Assembly: GCA_035510635.1 (NCBI GenBank)
Contig: DATKGU010000006.1
Location: 1-61,403 of the forward strand
Origin: Minisyncoccota bacterium
GTDB lineage: Bacteria; Patescibacteriota; Minisyncoccia; Phycocordibacterales; SBAW01
Length of the DNA stretch: 61,403 nt
Direction of reading: 5' to 3'
Position 1 is the first letter of the stretch; each line of letters starts with the position of its first letter. Both the position numbers and the translations under genes were made by a program. The notes beneath the pieces are model-generated. The model was not told the DNA's origin. It worked only from the letters and a program-made list of their open reading frames with translations, and made no database searches. Positions 52,994-60,524 of this stretch are shown in pieces.

Positions 52994-53929
52994 ATGTGGA
53001 AACGTTTTAACGAGTTCTTACTACAAATACAGAAAGGTGCTGCGATGAAGGTACGAGAACTCTCTCACTCCATACAACCTCTTGTCCGGCAGGAGTTTGT
53101 CGTTCCAAACAGCCATATTACATTTACTGCGGCCTGTTTTGAAGGCGATGGTTGGTCGTTAAAACCTCTGCAAGAGATGGGAGACGAAAAAAAACATCCG
53201 GAGTTTGCCGCTCAAGTCGGCAGCGCTCTTGCAGGACTTGACGTGAGACATGCCTACGCGCCTAATCCAACCGCGTTTAATGCGAAAATTATCAAGCCTG
53301 GCAACCTTCAGAACATTATTCCTCTTCCTGGGGGAGTGTTCCTTTGCAGGAACCGAAGCTTCCCCGCAGACGGCACTGTCTTGTCGGTGTCAGGTGATGC
53401 TGGCGTGTTTAGCGCCGGCGGATGTGGCATTGTAGTGATGAGTTATGGTCGAGAGCTCGCGTTTGCCCATGCGGGGAGGGATTGCATCCTCGACCGCACA
53501 TGGATTGAGACGCGCGGTCGTGAGCGTGGTCGTGATCGCATCAGCGTAGTTGATACTATGCTCGACTTCCTCGACGTGCCCGTCGCCCATATGGACAGAG
53601 TTCGTGCATGGCCGCTCTTTTTCATCAAACCCCGAGACTTTATTCATAGGGTTGACGATAAAAACGAAAAGCATCGCTCTTTTAATTACGGTGCAGTGTA
53701 CATGTTGCCCATGCATTATGGTAATTGGGGAGGTCTTGTGACAAACAAGGGCGGACCGAGTGAACAAATTGCGATCAACCTCCCAGGTATTGTATTTGCC
53801 CAACTTCGCAAACGCGGCGTGCCGGAAGCAAATATCAACATGGAACATAGTTTCGTTGACGACGAGCTACCGCACACCCGCAACGGCGACGGCCGTGGTC
53901 GCTATCTCGTAGCGATTGTTCGCCAATAA
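52994..53929 (+). CDS. Divergent laccase-domain / PgeF(YfiH)-like (DUF152) protein, tentative
   Basis: FSAGGCGIVVM...AFAHAGRDC parallels the ADC.P....HAGWRG core. The C-terminal HTRNGDGRGRYLVAI parallels SYRR..-TGR...I. The track start 52991 is a TTG directly followed by ATG 52994. Confidence 0.4.
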   Translation: MWKRFNEFLLQIQKGAAMKVRELSHSIQPLVRQEFVVPNSHITFTAACFEGDGWSLKPLQEMGDEKKHPEFAAQVGSALAGLDVRHAYAPNPTAFNAKIIKPGNLQNIIPLPGGVFLCRNRSFPADGTVLSVSGDAGVFSAGGCGIVVMSYGRELAFAHAGRDCILDRTWIETRGRERGRDRISVVDTMLDFLDVPVAHMDRVRAWPLFFIKPRDFIHRVDDKNEKHRSFNYGAVYMLPMHYGNWGGLVTNKGGPSEQIAINLPGIVFAQLRKRGVPEANINMEHSFVDDELPHTRNGDGRGRYLVAIVRQ

Positions 53930-53934
53930 CCTCA

Positions 53935-53966
53935 AGCCAGCCCCACCCCGGGCTGGCTTTTTTCTT
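53935..53966 (+). terminator. Rho-independent terminator
   Basis: AGCCAGCCC-CACCCC-GGGCTGGCT (9-bp stem) followed by TTTTTTCTTTCTT. Confidence 0.8.
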
Positions 53967-53990
53967 TCTTAGTTTTGTTATAGTAGAGCG

Positions 53991-55397
53991 ATGGATATCA
54001 CAAAGGCTCATTTTATAGGCATCGCCGGCAAGGGCATGAGTGCTGTTGCTTTGCTTTTGCGCGAGGAGGGAGTGGAGATAACCGGCTCCGATGAGGGCTT
54101 TTATCCGCCCGTTTCCGACTACTTGGCAAAAGCCGGCATCCCCTTTGCCAACGGCTACAAAAAAGAAAATATCCCAGATGATGCCGATGTGATTGTTATC
54201 GGCAAAACAGCCAAGCTCGTGCCGGAAAGCAACGAGGAGGTTGCCGCGGCATTTGAGAGCGGCAAAAAAGTTTTGTCGTTCCCCGACGTGCTGCACGAGC
54301 TCACCTTGCGCACCGACAACATCGTGGTGGCGGGCAGCTACGGCAAGTCGACCTCGACCGCGCTCCTCGCGTGGTGCCTTTTGCACACCGGCAAAGACCC
54401 GAGCTATTTTATCGGTGAGATTACTAAAGGGTTTGATGCGCACGCACACAAAGGCAAAGGCGACGTGTTTGTGCTCGAAGGCGACGAATATCCGTCGGCC
54501 AATTGGGACGAAAGCTCAAAGTTTTTGCATTACAATCCGCATACCGTACTCCTCACCTCGGCAACGCACGACCATGTCAACGTGTATCCAACGCACGAAA
54601 GTTATTTGGCACCGTTTAAAAAATTACTGTCTGTTATCCCTCCCAATGGTCTGCTGGTAGTAAACGCCAGCGAGCCGCACGCGCTCGCGCTCTCAACTCG
54701 TTACAACGGCAAAACCGTAACCTATGGCACCGAAGAAAGTGACTGGCACGCGGAGCGCATTGTGTACGGCATGCCAACCACGTTTGATTTGATGCACAAC
54801 GGTACAAAAATAATTTCTCTCACCACACCACTCCTTGGCGCACACAATATCGAAAACATTGTCGGCATAAGCGCAGTATTGCTCGAAAAAGATTTACTCA
54901 CACCCGAGGAGCTCACTGCCGCCGTCGCACGCTTTGAGGGAGTTAAGCGCCGCATGGAGCATCTCTCACCACGCTCGAGTGTTGCAATATACGAAGGTTT
55001 TGGCTCCAGTTACGAAAAGGCAAAAGCCGCCGTGGCTGCGATGAAACTGCACTTCCCCGCGCGAAGGCTCATTGTCGTGTTTGAGCCGCACACGTTTACC
55101 TGGCGCAACAGAGCGTCGTTGCATCAATACGACGATGTCTTTGCGGGGGCCGACAACGTGTTTATCTTTAGTCCGCCACATGACGGCAAAGAAACTCAAC
55201 TAAGCGCCGAGGAGATAGCAAGCCGCGTGAGCGAGCATGGCATACCGGCAGTTGCCGTGGATACGCCCGAGGCAATGCTCGACATACTTGATAAACAACT
55301 TGGAGCAAATGACGATGTCCTTCTCTCCTCCTCCGGAGCGATGGGCGGCCTCATTGAAGGCATCCCAACATTAGTAGAGCAAAAGTTCCCCAACTGA
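53991..55397 (+). CDS. mpl: Mur ligase of the Mpl/MurC family (UDP-N-acetylmuramate:L-Ala-gamma-D-Glu-meso-DAP ligase-like)
   Basis: HFIGIAGKGMSAVALLL...GSDEGFYPPVSDYL (the GSD..YPP.S signature is Mpl-like). P-loop VAGSYGKSTSTAL. Mur ligase C-terminal domain present. Confidence 0.75.
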   Translation: MDITKAHFIGIAGKGMSAVALLLREEGVEITGSDEGFYPPVSDYLAKAGIPFANGYKKENIPDDADVIVIGKTAKLVPESNEEVAAAFESGKKVLSFPDVLHELTLRTDNIVVAGSYGKSTSTALLAWCLLHTGKDPSYFIGEITKGFDAHAHKGKGDVFVLEGDEYPSANWDESSKFLHYNPHTVLLTSATHDHVNVYPTHESYLAPFKKLLSVIPPNGLLVVNASEPHALALSTRYNGKTVTYGTEESDWHAERIVYGMPTTFDLMHNGTKIISLTTPLLGAHNIENIVGISAVLLEKDLLTPEELTAAVARFEGVKRRMEHLSPRSSVAIYEGFGSSYEKAKAAVAAMKLHFPARRLIVVFEPHTFTWRNRASLHQYDDVFAGADNVFIFSPPHDGKETQLSAEEIASRVSEHGIPAVAVDTPEAMLDILDKQLGANDDVLLSSSGAMGGLIEGIPTLVEQKFPN

Positions 55398-55398
55398 T

Positions 55399-56157
55399 AT
55401 GAAAATTTTTTCGAGTGAGCTGGGGCACAACTATGGCTCGTATACCTTTGGCTACGCCAACTATTGCGAGCGCGAAGCAGGCGACTCGCTCGCGCACATA
55501 TACGAGCTCGGCTATCTGCCCTACTCCGGCTCACCAGACGTGCAAAACATTTTTTATATGGCGCGCAGCGCGCGTGTTGTGTTGCCGCAGTTTGCGCTCA
55601 CCAGCGAGAACAGGCGCATATCAAAAAAGTTTGACGGAGTGTTTGATAAAAAGCGCATCCCGCTCAACGAGTTTGATATCGAGGACGAGGCCTTTCTCTT
55701 TTTTTGCGTCGAGTATTTTAAAAACAAACATGGTATAGGCGCGGCACCGCGCGAGCGCATACACTATTGGCTCACCTGCGGCGTTGTCACCACTATCGTG
55801 GAGTATCGCAAAGCCGGCGTGCCAGTGGCCTATGTGTTTGAGGCGGAGGACGCCAGCATGACACACTACTGGTTTTCGTTTTATGACCTCTCACTTGTAC
55901 AGCAATCGCTCGGCATGTGGCTCATGCTCGACTGCATCACGGACGCCGCGGCGCGCGGTGTCGAGCATTATTACCTCGGCACAGTGTACGGTGCCAAAGC
56001 CTTGTACAAAACAAATTTTGAGCCCCTCCTGTGGTGGGACGGCAGCGCGTGGCAGAGCGACATCACCACGCTTAAGCAAAACGCCCGTACAGACGACGGG
56101 CGCATTACTCCACTTATGGATGCGTGGAAAAGAGACCTGAAAAAATTTAGCGAGTAA
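55399..56157 (+). CDS. Arginyltransferase/Bpt-family (ATE_C-like) aminoacyl-tRNA-dependent transferase
   Basis: ARSARVVLPQFALTSENRRISKKF, YWFSFYD, SLGMWLMLDCI and HYYLGTVYGAKALYKTNFEP match the ATE/Bpt pattern (RV..F..S...RR; YffYDP; SLG; YYLGY....YK..F.P). The start lies 1 nt after the mpl stop. Confidence 0.6.
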   Translation: MKIFSSELGHNYGSYTFGYANYCEREAGDSLAHIYELGYLPYSGSPDVQNIFYMARSARVVLPQFALTSENRRISKKFDGVFDKKRIPLNEFDIEDEAFLFFCVEYFKNKHGIGAAPRERIHYWLTCGVVTTIVEYRKAGVPVAYVFEAEDASMTHYWFSFYDLSLVQQSLGMWLMLDCITDAAARGVEHYYLGTVYGAKALYKTNFEPLLWWDGSAWQSDITTLKQNARTDDGRITPLMDAWKRDLKKFSE

Positions 56158-56766
56158 CTACGGCGTCAATATGTTGCCGGAGGTTGGCGGAATGAGCGGC
56201 TGGTTAACCACATACACAATGCCGTTGCTTGCTTTGTAGGCCGCGAGCGCGTACGAGCTGTTAACTTGCACCGAGCCGGAGGCACTTACTTTAAAGTTGA
56301 GTTCGTCGCCCGAGAGTGCCTTAACCGAACCGCTGTTTTGCACGTCCACATCAAGCTCTTTGCCAGAGACAATGCTGTACTGGATAAGACGCTTTTTTTG
56401 CGCTGCGGTCATGTTAACAATCGTGCCTGGCTTGAGCAATGCGTACCCTGCATCGGTTGAGACAAAAATCGTGTACGGCCCTTTGCCGGTAATCGATGAG
56501 CCTACGCCTGTGCTACCCAAATAACTTTCGTACTCACTTGCGCCGCTAAGCCCCGCAACAATAGCACTCACTGTCTGGCTGCTGTGGCTACTCACAGCCA
56601 CAGGAGATGCCTGTGTACCCGAGGTGTCAGGTGTGGTCGAGGCAGTCGTTGCCGACGTAACAGGAGCGGCCGGTGTGGACGATGACATCCACCACCACAC
56701 ACCGCCAATAATAATGAGTACTACGACAATGCCAATAACCCAGCCCCACGTGTTATTTTCGTTCAT
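56158..56766 (-). CDS. Membrane-anchored fasciclin (FAS1) domain protein
   Basis: N-terminal TM WGWVIGIVVVLIIIGGVWWW, an S/T-rich linker, and a FAS1 pattern TIFVSTDAGYALL...SNGIVYVVNQPLIPP. Confidence 0.85.
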   Translation of the reverse strand: MNENNTWGWVIGIVVVLIIIGGVWWWMSSSTPAAPVTSATTASTTPDTSGTQASPVAVSSHSSQTVSAIVAGLSGASEYESYLGSTGVGSSITGKGPYTIFVSTDAGYALLKPGTIVNMTAAQKKRLIQYSIVSGKELDVDVQNSGSVKALSGDELNFKVSASGSVQVNSSYALAAYKASNGIVYVVNQPLIPPTSGNILTP

Positions 56767-56857
56767 AACAAATAAAAATATGAGTAATATATGTAAACCT
56801 CGTGAAGCACCATACTACAGCGCTCCATATGAATTTTGTCTGAAGGCTTAATACAGT

Positions 56858-56942
56858 TGGTGGGCATGGGGAGACTCGAACTCCCAAGGATTACTCCAGC
56901 CGCTTCTGAGACGACAGCGTATACCAATTCCGCCACATGCCC
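56858..56942 (-). tRNA. tRNA-Leu (anticodon CAG), class II with long variable arm, CCA encoded
   Basis: The minus strand reads GGGCATG TG GCG-GAATTGGTATA-CGC T GTCGT-CTCAGAA-GCGGC TGGAGTAATCCTT GGGAG-TTCGAGT-CTCCC CATGCCC A CCA. The acceptor stem is perfect 7 bp, with T33 and A37 flanking CAG. Confidence 0.93.
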
Positions 56943-56945
56943 TTA

Positions 56946-57557
56946 TTACGACAGAACCACTATATACCATCTCCACAAAGTAGTCCCGCGAGTCGCAGGC
57001 AAGGTTCCTTTCTTTACAATTTTCCAACCCTTCTCTTTTAACATACTCCGTACCTGTTTCTCACTGAGTAGAGTAAAGTGTCGCGGGTCTTTTTTTGAGA
57101 CTGGATTCGGCCTGTCGTCAGGAAGACTAAAATAGCCTATTGCTCCCCTTTTCATAATAGAACTGATGTTTGTAAGCATCACGTCCCAATCTTTTTCAGG
57201 AATATGTTGAAGGGTTGCTGCAGCCCAAAATCCCTCGTATTTCTTTTTGGGAAGGCTTTTTTGCTCTAATAAATTACCTTGATAAAATTTTAGCTGAGGA
57301 TAATGAGATTTTGCTATTGCGAGCATCTTTTTTGAAATATCCAACCCTTCATATGAAACTTTCCTGCCAATTCCTAAAAAAAGAGGCACATCTCGCCCGT
57401 GTCCACATCCAATATCAAGAACCGTTGCCTTTCCTTTCAAATGAACAACAAATTTCCGAAACTCTTTTTCAGAGTAAAAAGAATGGGTCTTGGAATTTGC
57501 CCACGAAGAAGCGTGTGTATCGTAATGCTTCTGATTAACCCTTTGCACCTTGTCCAT
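56946..57557 (-). CDS. Class I SAM-dependent methyltransferase
   Basis: VLDIGCGHGRDV, GLDISKKML, ATLQHIP. Confidence 0.85.
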   Translation of the reverse strand: MDKVQRVNQKHYDTHASSWANSKTHSFYSEKEFRKFVVHLKGKATVLDIGCGHGRDVPLFLGIGRKVSYEGLDISKKMLAIAKSHYPQLKFYQGNLLEQKSLPKKKYEGFWAAATLQHIPEKDWDVMLTNISSIMKRGAIGYFSLPDDRPNPVSKKDPRHFTLLSEKQVRSMLKEKGWKIVKKGTLPATRGTTLWRWYIVVLS

Positions 57558-57585
57558 AAAATTAGTATATCAGCTTAACTATTTG

Positions 57586-57895
57586 GTGGTCACAAGTCGA
57601 TTTTGCTCGCACAGGTGGTCAGGCGTTCTAAATTTGCCGTCGCAAATTTAGCCGCACGACCCTGCCTCGCAGTTCTGCTTACTAGCAGAAAATCACTCCG
57701 GCTCGCACTTTGTGGTCACAAGTCGATTTTGCTCGTCAGCAAAATCGCTCGCGACCCCGGCTCGGTATTTTGCAAGTGCAAAATATACCTGCGCCCCGCA
57801 CAGCGCAGAAAATCCCGCTCAAGCGGGATTTCTCTGTCGTCTGTGCGCGCTCTAGGGATCTAACGCGTCTCGGTCGCCCTAGAGCCGTCCTTTAT
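57586..57895. repeat. Non-coding array of six perfect or near-perfect short hairpins with GC-rich spacers, including a 24-nt perfect direct repeat (57586-57609 and 57712-57735)
   Basis: Plus-strand hairpins: AAATTTGC-CGTC-GCAAATTT (57631-57650), TTCTGC-TTACTA-GCAGAA, GATTTTGCT-CGTC-AGCAAAATC, TATTTTGC-AAGT-GCAAAATA, GAAA(A)TCCCGC-TCAA-GCGGGATTTC, and GCTCTAGGG-(19 nt)-CCCTAGAGC. The spacers share a (C)CGGCTCGC-like motif. Confidence 0.8.
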
Positions 57896-58246
57896 TTAGG
57901 CCATTAATTTAATCTTTGCTGAGTTCGCTATTTTCTTGCTTACCGCTCCCACAAAAAGCCGGTACGCTAACCTGTCTTCTTTGGCATAATTAAAAGGCAC
58001 ACCTATGTGTGTTTTGCAGTGAGGACAAACAAGTTGAGTGACACTTTTCAAGTTTTCATTCTGCAAGTTGGAATATGTTTTGGAGCCATAGATGCGGTCT
58101 AGATATGTCCGTTTGAGCATACCGGGGCCATCTTTCTGGTAATAGAAAAGATGTGCGCCACATTTAGCACAGGAAATGTCGAGCAGACGCGAGTATCCGC
58201 CACGCACCCTTTTGTATTTATCACTCTTAAAAATCGACTTTGCCAT
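57896..58246 (-). CDS. RGG / 4-Cys zinc-ribbon protein, uncharacterised (paralog 1)
   Basis: MAKSIFKSDKYKRVRGGYSRLLDISCAKCGAHLFYYQKDGPGMLKRTYLDRI...LVCPHCKTHIGVP...LAYRLF. The track start 58255 is a TTG; ATG 58246 is used. Paralogous to 60524..60859. Confidence 0.7.
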   Translation of the reverse strand: MAKSIFKSDKYKRVRGGYSRLLDISCAKCGAHLFYYQKDGPGMLKRTYLDRIYGSKTYSNLQNENLKSVTQLVCPHCKTHIGVPFNYAKEDRLAYRLFVGAVSKKIANSAKIKLMA

Positions 58247-58266
58247 ACAAGACAATATAACATTTT

Positions 58267-58297
58267 ACAAAAGAAAAGACCCCGGGTTGGCGGGGCC
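58267..58297 (-). terminator. Rho-independent terminator between the kinase gene and zinc-ribbon paralog 1
   Basis: The minus strand reads GGCCCCG-CCAACC-CGGGGTC followed by TTTTCTTTTGT. Confidence 0.6.
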
Positions 58298-58321
58298 GAG
58301 CAATGGGCGTGTTTTTGCAAC

Positions 58322-58885
58322 TTAGCCAATTGCTTGAAGGTACTGTTCGTAGATTTTCTGAACGACCATATCAACTTCTCCAGTCGGATTGGCGATACGA
58401 TAGTCAAAGAGAGTATCGTACTCGCCGCGGGCGAGTTTCTCCAATTCAGCCAAACCGGCAGTCACGCGCGATTGAGTTGGATCGCGCTTGTCCGCCGCAA
58501 GCCTTAGTCGGAGAGTTTCCGGGTCGGTCTCAACATAGACTTTGAAGAGTCGACCTTGGAAGTGTTGCTCCATCACATCGAGCCGGTCGATGGGCCAGTC
58601 GAGGAGCGGAAATTTCTCCGCCTCGAAGGCTTGCTCAATGGGTTCTCGTGGCGTCGCATAGCGGATGTCGTATAGCTGGTTCACAACGAGGATTTTTTCA
58701 TCGCGCACCAACTTGTCCAATTTCCTTCCGCTCACCGACACTTTGTCCGTCTCTCCCCTTCGCAGTTTTCTTGTGATATAGGGGGAGATGTAGACGAACC
58801 GATCATCCAGTTGCCGGAGCCGCTGGATGATGGTGGTCTTGCCAACGCCCGAGGGTCCGAGCAAAAGCAGGAATTTAGTCTGCAT
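58322..58885 (-). CDS. Guanylate-kinase-like P-loop nucleotide kinase
   Basis: LLGPSGVGKTTII followed by SPYITRKLRRGETDKVSVS (compare the Gmk pattern S.TTR.PR.GE.DG.DY.F). Its start overlaps the 3' end of the upstream fusion gene by 11 nt. Confidence 0.75.
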   Translation of the reverse strand: MQTKFLLLLGPSGVGKTTIIQRLRQLDDRFVYISPYITRKLRRGETDKVSVSGRKLDKLVRDEKILVVNQLYDIRYATPREPIEQAFEAEKFPLLDWPIDRLDVMEQHFQGRLFKVYVETDPETLRLRLAADKRDPTQSRVTAGLAELEKLARGEYDTLFDYRIANPTGEVDMVVQKIYEQYLQAIG

Positions 58886-60524
58886 CTGCGCTTCTCCATT
58901 GGTTGAGCGTTTCCTTCAGTTCGATGACGGCATCGAGTATTTTTTGCCGCCATTCAGTTTCCGCTGGATCGTAGGGGTACAAGACACCCCGTGAGGAGTT
59001 TACGAACACGCCTCGGCCGGTAGAGTCGAGCAGTTGTCGGAAGTGGTCGAGGCTGCCGCCCTGCACGCCATATCCGGCGAACAGGATAGGCATGTCGTCA
59101 GGAATGACTTGGCGTACGCCGCTCAAGTCTGCATCGGCGATTGAAGAGAGGACAGGAATAAGGTTGGAGCCTCTGTTCCATCTCTCTGCAACCAGTTGGA
59201 GCATGTACTGCCAGAGCATCCTTCCATCCGAAAGGACAATGTTCTGTACAATATCTGCTCCGGGGTTACTGGTTTTTACAAGCACGACGCCCGCTTTGTC
59301 GCCAAGCGACTCGAACGGCTTGAGCACATCGTCACCCATGTAAGGATTGACGACGAGCCCGTCCGCTCGGATCTCCTCGAAGATATTGCGGAGGTAAGCG
59401 TCCATCGTGTTATCGATGTCGCCGACTTTCGCGTCGACGAACACCATCACCTCTGGGTAATGCTCCTGCACGTAAGCAACGACCTTCACAAGAAGCTCGT
59501 GGCCTTTCGGAAAAACATCGAAGAACGCCTTCTGCACTTTGTAAGCGCAAATATGCGGCCCAGTGATGTCGATGACCTCGCGCAGAAAGCGAGACACCTT
59601 CACTTCGTCGGACGCATGCGGTCCTATAATGGACAGCGGCATCTTGGCGAGATCGGGGTCGAGTCCGACGCACGCCAAAGTGTTTTTGCTAACCATCGCG
59701 TCCCGCAAAAGCGCAAGCGCTCTTCTGGGAGGCCGCTTTTCGGCGGAAGGGATCAGGCCAATGTGGCCCAAATGTTCTTGCTTAGCGTAGAGATGAGGAC
59801 TCGTATATTCCGTAGGAGGAATCACAACCGGGGTATAGCCTTCCACTGAGTAGCCGTTCTCGTCGAAGACTCTCGCCTTGTTTACGTTGTTAGTGGCGAG
59901 ATTGATTTTCATCGTCGGCGGTATTCCAAAGAACTTTAGAATACCAATGACTCCGCCATAGGTCCGCATGTCGATAATGCCGTCAGGAGCGACTGCGTGG
60001 GCAGCCTCGACGGTATTGATCTTCAGTAGTGTCTGGAGACGAAGCGTTGCGAGCTTGAACGGCAGTCCCAAGCCTCGGCCGTCTTGCCGAGGAATGTTGA
60101 CAACCATGCCTTCACCAGCATCGCCGATGGTTTCAAGCGCCAAAGCGAGTTGCTCTCGGCACTCGCAGGTGCGGTCGCCGAACATTTGCCCTGTCTCGCA
60201 GCCGGAATCTACTCGGATGAGGAGCAAATTGGACTTCTTGAAGACGGGCATCATATCGCCGTTGATCTCGGCATTGACGATGACTGAGTATTTTACCCAG
60301 CTATCATCGATACTGAAATCGAACTGGTAGAAGTCTCCGTAATCGGTGCGGATGAGTCCCACACCGCGCCGCGTCACGATGAACCACCGTGTCGCGCCAT
60401 TTTCAGCAACGGCAATTTGTCTGCCCTTAGGAATCATCGAATCTTTTGCTTGGTCGATGAACCTGGCAACATCCTCGGCACTTCTGCCGGTGCGATTGCC
60501 TATTTCCTCGAAGTTGAGTTCCAT
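58875..60524 (-). CDS. Fusion protein: GTP cyclohydrolase II-like domain (N) plus type-2 orotidine-5'-phosphate decarboxylase-like domain (C)
   Basis: N half: DYGDFYQFDF, RVDSGCETGQMFGDRTCECREQL, PRQDGRGLGL, NTVEAA, DMRTYG, LATNNVNK, YAKQEHLGH. This is collinear with RibA. C half: ACVGLDPDL, YKVQKAFFD, DAKVGDIDNT, VNPYMG, LVKTSNPG. This is collinear with type-2 PyrF. Both lie in a single uninterrupted frame of 549 aa. Confidence 0.85.
   Translation of the reverse strand: MELNFEEIGNRTGRSAEDVARFIDQAKDSMIPKGRQIAVAENGATRWFIVTRRGVGLIRTDYGDFYQFDFSIDDSWVKYSVIVNAEINGDMMPVFKKSNLLLIRVDSGCETGQMFGDRTCECREQLALALETIGDAGEGMVVNIPRQDGRGLGLPFKLATLRLQTLLKINTVEAAHAVAPDGIIDMRTYGGVIGILKFFGIPPTMKINLATNNVNKARVFDENGYSVEGYTPVVIPPTEYTSPHLYAKQEHLGHIGLIPSAEKRPPRRALALLRDAMVSKNTLACVGLDPDLAKMPLSIIGPHASDEVKVSRFLREVIDITGPHICAYKVQKAFFDVFPKGHELLVKVVAYVQEHYPEVMVFVDAKVGDIDNTMDAYLRNIFEEIRADGLVVNPYMGDDVLKPFESLGDKAGVVLVKTSNPGADIVQNIVLSDGRMLWQYMLQLVAERWNRGSNLIPVLSSIADADLSGVRQVIPDDMPILFAGYGVQGGSLDHFRQLLDSTGRGVFVNSSRGVLYPYDPAETEWRQKILDAVIELKETLNQWRSADAD

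Noticed and set aside
57603-57863. An 86-aa plus-strand ORF inside the hairpin array.
   Set aside because: Its composition (Arg/Ser/Leu/Ala-rich) and its reading through successive palindromes argue against coding. It has no motif and no RBS.
57586-57895. CRISPR array hypothesis for the hairpin region.
   Set aside because: The palindromic units differ in sequence and length, the spacing is irregular, and only one 24-nt segment is repeated exactly. No cas genes are present. This does not fit a CRISPR array.
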